From NCBI GenBank assembly GCA_963827655.1, contig CAWHCF010000009.1, forward strand, positions 1-64,000: DNA of 64,000 bases, read 5' to 3'. Positions 1-12,438 of the stretch are shown here, piece after piece. The notes beneath the pieces are model-generated. The model was given only the letters and a program-made list of their open reading frames with translations. It was not told where the DNA came from and did not search any database. Numbering within the stretch: position 1 is the stretch's first letter; the number at the start of each line of letters is the position of its first letter. Position numbers and translations under genes: made by a program. Origin of the DNA: an uncultured Acidobacteriota bacterium (GTDB lineage: Bacteria > Acidobacteriota > UBA6911).

Positions 1-495
1 ATATAGCGAGAAAGCTCAAACGTTGCTGGCATCACGCCAAAAGAAGCACGCTCTCGATCGTCCGAGGTTGGAGTTCCATCATACGCTGAAGCTGAAGCTG
101 AACTCGACAATCTCCGGTCCACATTCACGAAGCCTTCTCCTAGCTCGGCACATGTGAATTGAGGCTGGGACCAGCAGACATCTCAACTCCATCAACCCTT
201 TGATAGGCAAAAATGGAGTAGGCGATCTCTTTGTTCGGAGCAAGGAAAGCTGAGCCAGAAAAAACGGAGTTGAGAGCTGTCTGATTGCAAGTTGACACGC
301 GAGCAGCAGGAAACCGTAATGCAGACTATGTCCTTGGACCGAACGCTGGGACACCGCACCGATGAGGGGGGGGGGGGGGGGGCGTCGGGACCTAGATATT
401 TGAGCGCTAATCCAAACGCCATGACCGTGAGTATGACCATTACATCGGTTGTTTTCATTATTTGTTGGCGGTTTTGGCGATTTTTTTTTTTTTTT

Positions 496-575
<80 letters not shown>

Positions 576-970
576 CGCGCGGATCAGGCTGTGGGTGTAG
601 CTGGATTTATGACCTATGGGCTTCTCTCCATCTATGGATGATGAATTCTACTAAAGATCGACAAGCTGAAAAGCCAGAAGATTTCGTGGGACATTTAAGA
701 AGGGCGAGCCCTCAGAACAGAGAAACGGCAATCCGTTAACGAAAAAACCTCCGATAGACTACAATCCATTTTTTCCGAAGTTTCCCCAAGCGCTCTAATT
801 TGGCGGTTTCAAAACGACTGCGATCGTCACCAAACCAAATGGCTTCTTCTGTACCGATTGAGCCTGGAGAGCAACTTGTGCAAATGCGCGTGTTGGAGGC
901 TGCCGTTACTATGACGTTACGGCTAAAAAGCTCGTGCACGGAATCCACTCCGCTAAGTTATTGAAAGGAT

Positions 971-1046
971 TGGTGGGCGCCACAGGACTCGAACCTGTGA
1001 CCCCTGCGGTGTGATCGCAGTGCTCTACCCACTGTGCTAGGCGCCC
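971..1046 (-). tRNA. Mirror copy of tRNA-Val(CAC) in the fold-back arm, with D-arm errors
   Basis: Reverse complement of 3937-4012 with mismatches around 1029-1036. Confidence 0.6.
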
Positions 1047-2487
1047 GACCAGCGTGATTTCTTTTAGCACCTCGCGCTCCATTTGTAAACCCGCGCGATC
1101 TCTTGCGGTTCCTCGAGCTCAAGATCGACTGCCATCGGATCGAATACGGGCGCTTTCGCTCGCCTGGTACGGTTGAAGGAATGACGCGCGGAAAATCGCG
1201 TGTGGCCAGCCTCTGTGAAGACGCGAACATTTATGGTAACGAGCAGGATCCCCGGGTATCGTCATGAATCATTCTGGCGCACCGGTTACGCTCTTCGTCA
1301 TGACATTTCTGCTCGCTACTGCGCTGGGCGTTTTTGCGGCTGGAGATCCTATCTCGGTCACTGGACCGGTCTATCCGCCAGCCGCGGTCGCGGGCGGAAC
1401 CGTCGTAGCTACGCTTCACGTTATCGCAGGCTCTGTTACGCAAGTGGAAATCCTTGCGGGAGAAGAGCCCTTCGCGACCTCCCGCGCGTGACGCGCTCCG
1501 AAGCTGGCGCTTTAAGCCCGGCAAGGTCACCGAACGTATTCCCGTGGTGCTAAACTTCCGAAATCCTGGCCTGTTCGCCCTCGGTCCGAACTCGCCGGTC
1601 CTTCGAAAATCGCACGGTCCGAGCGACGTGCCGATCCCCCGTCCACGTGGTTAACCCGTGCATCCGCAACCAGGATCCGAAGAAAGTGTGATATTACGCC
1701 TCGAAATCGACGACTCTGGAAACGTATCCGATATTAACGGAGTTAAACGGCCGGAGGGCTGACCGGCCCTTGCACGAAAGCTGTGCGCGCGTGGAAATTC
1801 GCTCCCCGCTCGAGACCAGTCGGGACGGCAAGCCCGGTCTCAGGCCTTCGCAGTCTGCGTCTTCCGTCATCCAGTACTGTAGTTCGCGGTCGGTTACAGT
1901 TTTCGCCGTTTCTACGAGTCTTCGTAGAGGTTGATTCTGTTCCAGCCGGAACTAACCACGAAGACTGGAAGACACGTAGAAACCCGAAGCATGAGGCTGT
2001 GGACGGTGGGAGATCGAACCCCCGGCCTCCGCATTGCGAACGCGTCCTGAGCATCAACTGAAGTATTCCACGATAAACCAACTAGCAGGCTGGAACCCAG
2101 GACTCAAAAATGGCCTCAATTATTTTTGTCATTATTTATCTCAAATGGCTGGTATACCGGAGTACAATGCGATTGCACTTACCATGCACTTACGGACGCC
2201 ACTGGGGAGCCAACTCAGGAGCTAATAAAGGGGCGGACATTGCCGACGAAGTTGACTAACGCACTCCTGAAAAGAAATCATGCTGCAAGAGAAGCCTTAC
2301 GAAAATCCGGGACTTGGAACTGAAGGGGCTTATCCTCCGCGTTCAGCCCTCTGGTATTGGGACCTACATCTGCCAGTACGCCCGAACCAAGCGCATCACA
2401 ATTGGGCCAGGCCGAACCCGATTACCCTCACCCAGGCCAGGGACAAGGCGAAGCAACATCTGGCGGATTCAGTACTCCGCCGCCATC

Positions 2488-2731
2488 GGATCGCGCCGAG
2501 TACTGAATCCGCCAGATGTTGCTTCGCCTTGTCCCTGGCCTGGGTGAGGGTAATCAGGTTCGCCTGGCCGATTGTGATGCGCTTGGTTCGGGCGTACTGG
2601 CAGATGTAGGTCACGATGCCCGAGGGCTGAACGCGGAGGATAAGCCCCTTCAGTTCCGAGTCCCGGATTTCGTAAGGCTTCTCTTGCGGCGTGATTTCTT
2701 TCAGGAGTGCGTTGGTCAATTTCGTCGGCAA
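2488..2731 (-). pseudogene. 5' end (arm-DNA-binding domain) of a P4-like tyrosine integrase, cut by the palindrome centre
   Basis: MPTKLTNALLKEITPQEKPYEIRDSELKGLILRVQPSGIVTYICQY..RITIG..ITLTQARDKA is typical of the integrase N-terminal arm-binding domain; lies beside a tRNA 3' fragment. Confidence 0.8.
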
Positions 2732-2924
2732 TGTCCGGCCCTTTTTGAGCTACTGCGTTAGCTTCCCAGTGGCGTCCGTAAGTGCATGGTAAGTGCAATC
2801 GCATTGTACTTCGGTATACCACCGTAAACAATAAAGAATGATGATATGGCTCGAAACCAGCGTCAGTCCTGGGTTCCAGCCTGCTAGTTGGTTTATCGTG
2901 GAATACTGCGGTTTATGCTCAGGA

Positions 2925-2973
2925 CGCGTTCGCAATGCGGAGGCCGGGGGTTCGATCCCCCCACCGTCCACCA
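2925..2973 (+). mobile_element. att site: 3' half of tRNA-Ala(CGC)
   Basis: CGCG-TTCGCAA-TGCGG anticodon arm, GGGGG-TTCGATC-CCCCC T arm, ACCGTCC-A-CCA acceptor strand with U70. No D arm or 5' acceptor strand upstream. Confidence 0.8.
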
Positions 2974-3090
2974 GATCTCATGCTTCGGGTTTCTACGTGT
3001 CTTCCAGTCTTCGTGGTTAGTTCCGGCTGGAACAGAATCAACCTCTACGAAGACTCGTAGAAACGGCAAGAACCTGTAACCGACCGCGAA

Positions 3091-3712
3091 CTACAGTACT
3101 GGATGGCGGAAGACGCAGACTGCGAAGGCCTGAGACCGGGCTTGCCGTCCCGACTGGTCTCGAGCGGGAGCGAATTTCCACGCGCGCACAGCTTTCGTGC
3201 AAGGGCCGGTCAGCCCTCCGGCCGATTTAACTCCGTTAATATCGGATACGTTTCCAGAGTCGTCGATTTCGAGGCGTAAGATCACACTTCCCTGTCCGAT
3301 CACGTTTGCCGGATACACGGGTTCAACCACGTGGCGGGGCAACGCCACGTCGCTCGGACCGTGCGACTTTCGAAGGGCCGGCTGAGTTCGGACTGACGGC
3401 GAACAGGCCAGGATTTCGGAAGTTCAGCACCACCGGAATACGTTCGGTGACCTTGCCGGGCTCAAAGCGCCAGCTTCGGAGCGCGTCACGCGCGGGGGTC
3501 GCGAAGGGCTCTTCTCCCGCAAGGATTTCCACTTGCGTAACAGAGCCTGCGATAACGTGAAGCGTAGCTACGACGGTTCCGCCCGCGACCGCGTCTGGCG
3601 GATAGACCGGTCCAGTGACCGAGATGGGATCTCCAGCGGCAAAAACGCCCAGCAAGATAGCGAGCAGAAATGTCATGACGAAGAGCGTAACCGGTGCGCC
3701 AGAATGATTCAA
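3091..3712 (-). CDS. Energy transducer TonB-like protein with two TonB C-terminal domains (frameshift ~3340)
   Basis: Signal/TM N-terminus, then PVYPPDA..GTVVATLHV..ARDALRSWRFEP and EPVYPAN..GSVILRLEIDDSGNVSDI..KAVRAWKFAPAR across ORFs 3323-3733 and 3091-3348. Confidence 0.7.
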
Positions 3713-3936
3713 GACGATACGCGTGGGATACACCCGGGCTGGTAACGATGAAGGTGCGCGTCTTCACAGAGGCTGGCCACACGCGATTTTCCGAGCGTCA
3801 TTCCTTCAACCGTACCAGGCGAGCGAAAGCGCCCGTTCGATTCGATCCGATGGCAGTCGATATTGACTCGAAAACTGCAAGAGATCGCGCGGGTTTACAA
3901 ATGGAGCGCGAGGTGCTAAAAGAAATCACGCTGGTC

Positions 3937-4012
3937 GGGCGCCTAGCTCAGCTGGTAGAGCACTGCGATCACACCGCAGGGGTCACAGGTTCGAGTCCTG
4001 TGGCGCCCACCA
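3937..4012 (+). tRNA. tRNA-Val(CAC)
   Basis: GGGCGCC acceptor pairs with GGCGCCC; AGCTCAGCTGGTAGAGC D arm; CTGCG-ATCACAC-CGCAG anticodon arm; GGTTCGAGTCC T loop; encoded CCA. Confidence 0.95.
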
Positions 4013-4865
4013 ATCCTTTCAATAACTTAGCGGAGTCGATTCCGTGCACGACTTTAGCCGTAACGTCATAGTAACGGCAGCCTCCAACACGCGCGTTCAC
4101 AAGTTGCTCTCCAGGCTCAATCGGTACAGAAGAAGCCGACGATCCTTATCTTTGGTGACGATCGCAGTCGTTTTGAAACCGCCGAATTTATGCACTTGGG
4201 AAGCTCGGAAAAAATGGATTGTAGTCTATCGGAGGTTTTTTCGTTAACGGATTGCCATTTTCTGTTCTGAGGGCTCGCCCTTCTTAAATGTCCCACGAAA
4301 TCTTCTGGCTTTCAGCTTGTCGATCTGAGGTAGAATTCATCATCCATAGATGGAGAGAAGCCCATGGTCATAAACGCAGCTACACCCAAGCCCCCGGCGC
4401 CGCCGGCCCCGCCAAAACCGCCAACAAGATGAATGGGTACGACCGATGTAATGGTCATACTCAGGTCATGGCGTTTGATTAGCGCTCAAAATCCTAGGGT
4501 CCGACGTGCCGATGTCCCACGTTCGGTCCAAGGGGTTAGTCTGGACTACGGTTTCCTGCTGCTCGCGTGTCAACTTGCAATCAGACAGCTCTCAACTCCG
4601 TTTTTTCTGGCTCAGCTTTCCTTGCTCCGAACAAAGAGATCGCCTACTCGATTTTCCCTATCAAAGGGTTGATGAATTGGGCCGTGTACTGGTCCGCCTC
4701 GTCACATGTGCCGAGCTCGTAGAGCTTCATGATGTCAACCGGAGATTGTCGAGTTCAGCTTCAGCTTCGGTATGATGGAACTCCGACCTCGGACGATCGA
4801 GAGCGTGCTTCTTGGTAGAATCTCCGACGTGATCCCAGGAACCGTTCTGAGCTTTCTCGCTATAT

Positions 4866-5790
4866 TCAACTCGTGACCGGATCAGGAAAGCGATAGCGGG
4901 CGACGATGACGGTCACGTTATCTCTACCGCCACGTTGCAGGGCGAGTTCGACGAGCGTGCGGCAATCCTCCTCGGCCCCTCCATTTCGCTGGAGCACGCT
5001 CGCAATCAGATCGTCCGTGACCATTTCGGTCAGACCGTCCGTGCATAGCAACAGGCAGTCACCGTCGGCCAGCTGAAGTCTCTGCACCTCCGCCTTGAGG
5101 TCCTGGCCGTGCCCGCCGAGGGCCTGGGTCAGGATGTGGCGCAACGGGTGGGACGCGGCCCCCGCTGGTGTGATTTGTCCCAGGTCCAGCAGTGTCTGGA
5201 CGAGCGTATGATCCCGGGTGAGCCGTTGCAATTCGCCCTTCCGGTAGAGGTAGGCGCGCGAATCCCCGACTTGGACGACAAAGAGGTCGGCTCCCAGACT
5301 GTAGGCGAGGGTCATCGTAGTCCCCATGCCGGACAGCGTCCGATCCTCGCGGGCCCGGCGGGCGATTTCGGCATCGATCTTGCGGTAGTACCGAGTCGCC
5401 CGCTTCATTGTCTTCTTGCGCCCGGGTGTCGTCGATCCGAAGGATCCAGTCCGGAACCTGGAGCACCAGATTCACCAGCGTGCTGATGGCCAGCCGGCTA
5501 GCCAGTTCACCGCCTTCTGCGCCACCGATACCGTCGGCGACCACAAAACCATAGCCCGTCTCCTCGGACCGGCCCGGCGCCTCCCCTTCCGGCAGGCTGG
5601 TCAACAGCACGTCCATATAGCGACCTAACCGGGCGACCAGATAGTGATCCTCATTGGCGGCGCGAACTTTTCCCCTGTCGGAAAGGGCGGCGGCGTCAAC
5701 TCGAACCAGCGACGAGAATGGACGAGCCGGCGCGGTTACCCCACTCTGGACCGGGAAGTCGCCGGTATCGGCGTTTGGGTCAACGGACAT
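4866..5790 (-). CDS. PP2C/PrpC-family Ser/Thr protein phosphatase (frameshift ~5410)
   Basis: SDRGKVRAANED, VADGIGG, GMGTT, VGDSRAY, LTRDH, LLCTDGLT, GGRDNVT motifs split over ORFs 5059-5880 and 4866-5408. Confidence 0.9.
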
Positions 5791-6081
5791 TAAGCGTTCC
5801 TTTGCCTCGATGCGATGTCCTGCGGCCGTGAAAGGCCAGGGCGGTTCAGCCGGTCGCTGATGCCAATTGTGTGCGCGCACCTTGGATCGGCGAATCCAAA
5901 ACGAATGGTCGGAGTCGCGTTAGATCGAGTTACCGGCACTCAGGCCGTGATGGCTGCCCGGAGGCTTGCCACTGTCGAGGCGGTCGTCGAACGGTGGCGA
6001 GTCGCTGGAGACGTCGATTCGAATCCGTTTCCGCTCCTGGAACTTCTCGACGCGGCGAGCCGCGATGTCACCGGGCGCCGA

Positions 6082-6555
6082 CTACTTCAATGCGCCGGCC
6101 AACAGCGAAGCCACATCCGCGCCTCCCTTGGACCCTACAAATTGCGTAAGCAGAGGCACGAATTTACCGACCATATCAGGTGAGAGGCCAAGCTTTTGGA
6201 AAGACGCAGCGGCGGGGGCCAGGCCGCCCGCCGCGCCCGGAAGGGCGCTTCCCAGCCCGGCGAGGCCGCCCGCCGAAGGCGCAGCCTTCAGCAGTCCGTC
6301 CATGCCCGGCACCGCTGCCGCCACCTGGCTGAATTGATCAGGTTTAAGCCGGCTTTTCGCCAGGCCGAAGAGTGCACCCGCTCCGCCAGTTGCTTGCTTC
6401 GGAGTGACGTTGAGATCCTTGGTGAGCATGCCTACCAACTCCGGGCTCGGAGTCTTCTCTGGCGTCATGGCAGGAGCCTGACCCAAGGCGGCCGGCACAG
6501 ACGACGCGAAAACGCACAGCACGAAAAGGACACTCCTAAGTCCGCTCACAATCAT
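6082..6555 (-). CDS. DUF2780-family secreted protein
   Basis: Signal peptide, then LNVTPKQATGGAGALFGLAKSRL..VPGMDGLLKAAP..FQKLGLSPDMVGKFVP. Confidence 0.75.
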   Translation of the reverse strand: MIVSGLRSVLFVLCVFASSVPAALGQAPAMTPEKTPSPELVGMLTKDLNVTPKQATGGAGALFGLAKSRLKPDQFSQVAAAVPGMDGLLKAAPSAGGLAGLGSALPGAAGGLAPAAASFQKLGLSPDMVGKFVPLLTQFVGSKGGADVASLLAGALK

Positions 6556-6925
6556 GGTTCCTCCTTACAGATTCAACAGAACCAACTCCGTAACGGTTCC
6601 GGGCACTTCCGGTCCCCTGCATCACGTCCTGGCCGCTCATCTGCCGGAACTTCGCCCCCGATTTGTTCCTCCTGTTTCGCTTCCTCCCCGTTTGCGTTAT
6701 CGGCGGCTACCAGTACGACTAGTTGATGCAAACAGGTTCGAGTCTACACCAATCATGACTGTCGGGTCCTCTGAAATAGCCACAGGGAACGCTGGGAAGC
6801 AGGGTTGAGATCACATCTTTATTCCATTGATCCTTCGAACGAATCGTGACGAAGCTTTGCCACGCAATCGGAACGAAATAATCTCCGCGTGGGGCGTAGC
6901 ATCCAGGTTCGTAGGGCCGATTCGT

Positions 6926-9900
6926 TCAGAAGTGCAGCTTCAGCACCAACTCAAACACTCGGGGATCGAACGCCCGCGTGATGGTGCCAAAGGCCGCGGT
7001 GCCGAAACTCGTGTTCGGAGCGGTCAGGGGCGGCGTGTTGGTAACGTTGAACGCTTCGACGCGGAACTCCGCCCGAAACTGTTCCTTGATCGGGAAAGTC
7101 TTGCCCAGCATGACATCCAAGGTCTGGTAGCCGGGACCCACGACGGGATTGCGCGAGCTGTTGCCGATCGTGAACTGTGGCGCCTGGGTGAACGCCGCGG
7201 TGTTGAACCATCGGGCAGTGCTGCGCTCTTCCGAGGGAAGCGCCGGGTCTCCCGATGCGATTCGGCCGCTGGATGCCAAATCCCGCGAACGCATTGAGAT
7301 TGGTCGCTTGGGTCACGGCGAGCGGACTTCCGGATTGCAGCCGAACGATTCCGGCCAGTTGCCAGCCGCCGGCCAGGGCGTTCTTCCAGCCGTCAAGTTC
7401 CAGCGGCGCCCCTGGCCCAGCAGGAAGTTCCCAGACGAACGATCCGGCGAACACATGTGGAATACTGCCGGTGGAATCATCTTTCTCCAGACGCCGATTG
7501 TAGCTGTCCGCCGCCTGGAACGATGCGGCCGGTCCGGTAAGGATTGCTGCATCAAAGACGGCGCCGGCGTCGTCGATCAGCCTTGAAAACGTGTAGGCGG
7601 CGCTGAAGGTCAGACCATCCGAAAAGCGCCGCTCCAGGCGGGTCTGGAGGGAGTGATAGGTCGAATGCCCTACATTGTTGCGGTAGAGGGCGACCGTCGT
7701 AAAGCGGGGATAGGGCCGGAGCAGCTGCTGGCGGGCGATCGGTGGCGCCGCCGAGTGACGATGATGCAGGGATCTCACCGAAAAACGGATTCGGCACCTG
7801 TTGGGTCAACGCTGAACCGAGCGCGAGTTGCTCGTCGGTGAGCTGGTTCAGGTTGACATCGGGAACTCCCAGGTTCGTGAGTTTGGAACCCAGATACCCT
7901 ATCTCCATGCTCCAGTGCTCGCCATAGGTCTTCTGAAAAGAAAGATTCCACTGCTGGGCGTATCCGCTCTTTTGATTCCTCTCCACGCCAAAGACACCCT
8001 GCCCGAGACCGCTATCCGGATTGGGATCCATGACCTGCACGGACGGGCCGCGCGAGAGCACGAACGCGGGATTGATGTTGTCCAGCGAACGCTGGCCCGC
8101 GGTTTGGATAAACGGGAAGAACGGCGTCGTAAAGGGCGTGGTGATACCCGCTTGTTCGATCCAGGTCATGCCGTATCCGGACCGAATGATGAAGCTGTCG
8201 CTGAGCCGGAAGGCAAATCCGACTCGGGGAGCGAAGTTCAGCTTCTCCAGCTCTCGCGCGGCTCGCGGGCTGCCCATCCTTCCCGAGAAAGTCGAGCTTC
8301 TGGGTTTGAAGATTGAAGACGGCGCCGCGATCATCCACGACGGTGGATGGAAAGTTCAGCGTGTAGCGAACGCCGAGGTTCAATGTCAGCCTGTCGCTGG
8401 CCTTGAAGTCGTCCTGAAAGAAGAACTCGGCAATCTGCGCGCGCGGCTCCAGAAACTCCTGCTGGATGTCGATCGTGAAGTTTTGCACCTGCCCTAACAG
8501 AAACGATGCGAAGCTGTTGCCGGTTCCGGTCACCGGCGTTCCGGTAGCCGACAGGTTGGCCGTCAGAATGTTGGTGAACTGGAACGAACCGGTCGGGCTG
8601 GGCGGCTGCAGGACATCGAGTCGCTCGATCCGCCAGTCGCCGCCCAGTTTCAGGCTATGGCGGCCGCGCAGCCAGGAAAAGTTGTTTACGAGTTGAGTCA
8701 CGGAAGTGGTGAATTCGGCATTGCCGTTGGCCTGGGGTCCCAACTGCTGCAGACCCACAACATCGTAGGTCGGGAGCGTATCCGAAAACGCGGATGCCGG
8801 AATGTTGGGAATTCCCGATACCTCCGATGCCGGCCTGCCCGGTTCGCAACGATGCGCGATCGAATCCCCGCCGCGTATATCCGAACCGAAGCTGATTCAC
8901 CTGGGTTCCCGACAAGCGTCCAGTTGTGCTCCAGAGCAATGCTGTCGGCGCGAGTCAGGGTGTCGCCGACGACGCCGGTCGTGATAATGCCGCTCCCATC
9001 GGGCAGCGGCGTAACCGGCTGAGAGTCATCCCGCAGGTACTCGTATCGGCCGAAGATTCGCTGAGTCGAGTTCAGATTGCGGTCCAGGCGCACGCCGAAC
9101 TGATCCTGACCGGTCCTCTCATTCCCGACGAGGACATAGTTATTGGCCGTCGCCTCCTGCCCATTGATGAACACATTGGGTGCGGGATAGCGGTCCACCA
9201 CGTTTCGGACGGCCGAGTCGAAGCGGTTCAAGGGGATTGTGTCGTTGGCAAACCGGTCGCGGACGAATCCTGAACCGGTCTGGCGTGTCGTCGTCGGATC
9301 GAAGATCGGGTGTGCTGAAGATCCCCTGCCGCTGCAGCGACGTGGGAACCGTGCTGGTCCGCACGGTGCCGGTTTGCAGCCGCGTTCCCTGGTAGTCGAC
9401 GAAGAAGAAGGTCTTGTTGCGCTGAATCGGACCGCCGAACACGAAGCCGTACTGGTTGCGCCGGAACCGCGGCTTGGGCCCGGTGGTTGCGAAGAGGTTA
9501 CGCGCGTTGAGCGCTTCGTTGCGAAAGAACTCGAACAGCGCTGCCGTGGAAATCATTCGATCCAGACTTGTGATTGACCATGATCACGCCGCCGTTCGAG
9601 CGGCCATACTCTGCCGAGTAGCTGTTGGTCTCGACGCGGAACTCTTCGATGGCGTCGACTACCGGGAAAGTAGGCGACCTGTCCGGGTTCCGGCTGAAGC
9701 ACGCTGATGCCGTCGTAGATATACTCACTGACGCGCGGCCGGCTGCCGTTGATCCTGGGTAGCGTCGAAGCCGGCGGGAGCATGACCCCGGGAGCCAGCG
9801 CAATCAGGGGAATGAAGTTGCGTCCATCGAGCGGCAGGGTAACCACTTCTGCGCCGTCCACCGTGAAACTCACGGTCCCGCGGCTGGATTGGAGCAAAGG

Positions 9901-10278
9901 AGCCTCGGCGGTGACGTTCACGGATTCCGTGACGCTCCCGACCTGGAGCGCGAGATCGAGTACCACCTGGTCTCCAACCCGCAAGACGACACCCTCTCGC
10001 CGCAACGCCGAAAAACCGGTTTTGGTAACTATGATCGTGTACGTGCCTGGCTGAAGGGCGAAGAAGTGATATCGTCCATCGTCGCCCGTGACAACGGACT
10101 GTTCCGCCTCCGTGTTCACGTTGAGCAACCGGACGTCGGCTCCGTCGACGGCCAGTCCCGCGGGATCGCTGACCAGCCCGGAAAGCTCTACTTTGGTCGA
10201 CTGCGCGTGAAGCTCTGTCTGGAGGTCGGCCAACACCATCATGACAAGGACACTGCCAATCCAGCTTGCACGACGCAT
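6926..10278 (-). CDS. Oar-like TonB-dependent receptor with N-terminal carboxypeptidase-regulatory-like domain (multiple frameshifts)
   Basis: Consecutive minus-strand fragments: SGLVSDPAG..GRYHF..LPLDGRNF, DAIEEFRVETNSYSAEYGRS, FFRNEALNARN, QDDFK..LTLNLGVRY, NFAPRVGFA, FRVEAFNVTN..LKLHF (terminal Phe). Confidence 0.9.
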
Positions 10279-10330
10279 GAACCTCTCCCCTGTCTATGGT
10301 TCAGCAGGCCTGACGCGGTGTTTAAATCTA

Positions 10331-10358
10331 AATCGTCAATCGTAAATCGTCAATCGTT
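10331..10358 (+). repeat. Heptamer tandem repeat (AATCGTN x4)
   Basis: AATCGTC AATCGTA AATCGTC AATCGTT. Confidence 0.7.
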
Positions 10359-10359
10359 A

Positions 10360-10375
10360 GTCGTGTTACCACGAC
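10360..10375. promoter_or_regulatory. Perfect 6-4-6 palindrome in the divergent TBDR/regulator intergenic region; candidate operator
   Basis: GTCGTG-TTAC-CACGAC. Confidence 0.35.
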
Positions 10376-10458
10376 AGCGTCGTGATACAATAACACACTC
10401 GGTCAAGGGAAACTATTTACGGAGGTGTTGTCGATGATGCATCGCACGCGCTGGTCTT

Positions 10459-10527
10459 TCTTCGTGTCGTTGCGTCTTAGTGGTACTGTTTTGCCAGCGC
10501 TAACCACGAAGACACGAAGACGCCAAG
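10459..10527. repeat. REP-like inverted pair (ACCACGAAGACACGAAG type)
   Basis: TCTTCGTGTCGTTGCGTCTTAGTGGT ... ACCACGAAGACACGAAGACGCCAAG; related copies at 2991-3020, 27326-27404 and 45367-45390. Confidence 0.7.
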
Positions 10528-10544
10528 TGCAGCTGAGAAAATAA

Positions 10545-11663
10545 ATGGGCCGCGTACAGACCAATCTCGCCACAATTCGCAAGGCCCGCGGCATTGGCGC
10601 CGCGGAGCTCGCCCGGAAGGTGGGGGTAACCCGGCAGACCATTTACGCGATCGAAGCCGGAACCTATGTGCCCAACACCGAAGTGACGCTCCAGCTTGGG
10701 CGCGAGCTTGAAGTCACCGTCGAGGAACTGTTTTCGCTTCCAGGAGAGCGGCGGGAAAAAACGGCCACGGTTACTGCCGAATACCTGGGACAAAGCGCGC
10801 CCGGCAATGGGCAGGCCGTGCGCGTTTCACGCGTGGGCACGAAGTGGGTCAGTGTGCCTGTCGATGCTCGCCCCTATCATCTTCCTGAAGCGGACGCCGT
10901 GGTTACCGGTTCCGCCGTTCGTTCTCACAAGGCAAGGCTGTGTCTCTTCTCCGAGGACGAGACCATGCGCAACAAGATCGTCCTGGCTGGTTGCGACCCG
11001 GCGACGAGCCTGCTGGCCCGCATGGTGGAAAGACTCAGCGGCATCGAGATCGTTCATGCGCCGGCATCGAGTCAACTGGCGCTCGATTGGCTGAAGGAGG
11101 CAAAGGTGCACATTGCCGGATCGCACCTGCAGGATCCCGATAGCTCCGAGTTCAACCTGCCGCTCATACGTCGTCAGTTCCCGAATCGGGACATGGCGGT
11201 TGTCACCTTCGCGCGCTGGGAGGAGGGATTCGTCCTGGCTCCAGGCAATCCCAAGCGCATCCGTGGCATCGAAGATCTGGAAAGGAAGAATGTCACGTTG
11301 ATGAATCGCGAACGCGGATCCGGGAGCCGGGCGTTACTCGATGGCCTGATTCGCAGCTCCGGCCTGGCGATAAAGAGTGTTCGGGGGTATGAACGGGTTG
11401 CGTTCGGTCACCTGTCGGCCGCCCATGCAGTGCTGGCCGGTGAGGCCGACTGCTGCATAGCCACCCGGTCCGCCGCTCAAACGTTCGGGCTCGACTTCGT
11501 GCCGCTGCGCAGCGAGCAGTATGACTTCGTTCTTCACCGCGAAACGCTGCGGCTCGCGGCCGTCGAAGCTCTTTGTGATGCGCTGCAGCGGGCGACACTG
11601 CGCCGGAAACTGGAGACACTCGCCGGATACGACACCTCCCAGACCGGAGTCGTTCGTGCTTAA
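10545..11663 (+). CDS. XRE HTH regulator fused to a molybdate-type periplasmic-binding-protein-like domain
   Basis: N-terminal [35 protein letters not shown]; C-terminal [39 protein letters not shown]; directly upstream of modA. Confidence 0.85.
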   Translation: MGRVQTNLATIRKARGIGAAELARKVGVTRQTIYAIEAGTYVPNTEVTLQLGRELEVTVEELFSLPGERREKTATVTAEYLGQSAPGNGQAVRVSRVGTKWVSVPVDARPYHLPEADAVVTGSAVRSHKARLCLFSEDETMRNKIVLAGCDPATSLLARMVERLSGIEIVHAPASSQLALDWLKEAKVHIAGSHLQDPDSSEFNLPLIRRQFPNRDMAVVTFARWEEGFVLAPGNPKRIRGIEDLERKNVTLMNRERGSGSRALLDGLIRSSGLAIKSVRGYERVAFGHLSAAHAVLAGEADCCIATRSAAQTFGLDFVPLRSEQYDFVLHRETLRLAAVEALCDALQRATLRRKLETLAGYDTSQTGVVRA

Positions 11664-12421
11664 GGCAGCACGAAGCTGGCTGGCGGCCTTGCTGTGCGGT
11701 GCGATCAGTATGGCTGGGTCCTGCCGGTCACGGCAGGACCAGACGGTCGGCATCGCCGTTGCGGCGAACTTCGCCGAAGCGGCGAAGGAGATCGCGCAGC
11801 TTTTCCAGAAGGCGACCGGCTACCGAGCGATTTTGAGTTTTGGCTCCACCGGGCAGCTGTTCACCCAGATAACCCAGGACGCTCCCTTCGAGGTACTGCT
11901 GGCGGCGGACCAGGAAACTCCAAGGAAGGCGGTGGCGGCGGGCTTGGGATTGGAGGACAGCGTCTTCACGTATGCGGTCGGCAAAATCGTTCTTTTCAGC
12001 GCGAACCTCGATCTGACGAATGGCGAAGCGGTTTTGCGCACGGGAGAATTCGAAAAAATCGCGATCGCCAATCCGTTGACGGCGCCTTACGGAGCAGCGG
12101 CGCTGGAGGTTATGAAATCGCTCGGACTCTACGAGAGGCTGGTCGGAAAAATCGTGCAGGGTAACAACATCGCCCAGACATTTCAATTCGTCGAGACCGG
12201 CAACGCAGAACTTGGATTCGTGGCGCTGTCTCAGGTTGGCGGCAAGGACGCTAAATCAATGTGGATCGTTCCGGACAATCTGTATTCCCCGATACGCCAG
12301 GACGCGGTGCTGCTGAAGAAAGGCGCCGGCAACGAATGCGCGCGCGGGTTCATCGCCTTTCTCAAAACACCCGGATGCGCTCAAAGTCATCGAGAAGTAC
12401 GGTTATGCGGGGACGCCGTAG
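11656..12421 (+). CDS. modA: Molybdate ABC transporter substrate-binding protein (one extra base near 12370)
   Basis: [45 protein letters not shown]; canonical tail [11 protein letters not shown] lies in the shifted frame. Confidence 0.9.
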
Positions 12422-12438
12422 GACCTGGAGGGAAACGT

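Noticed and set aside
6926-10278. Programmed frameshifting or pseudogenisation of the TBDR and other split genes (PP2C, siderophore TBDR, nitrilase, DegT, Npt)
   Set aside because: The breaks are scattered single-base shifts with otherwise intact motifs across unrelated genes, which fits uncorrected long-read errors
10331-10527. CRISPR-like array from short repeats
   Set aside because: Only heptamer tandem repeats and a REP-like inverted pair are present, with no repeat-spacer periodicity and no cas genes
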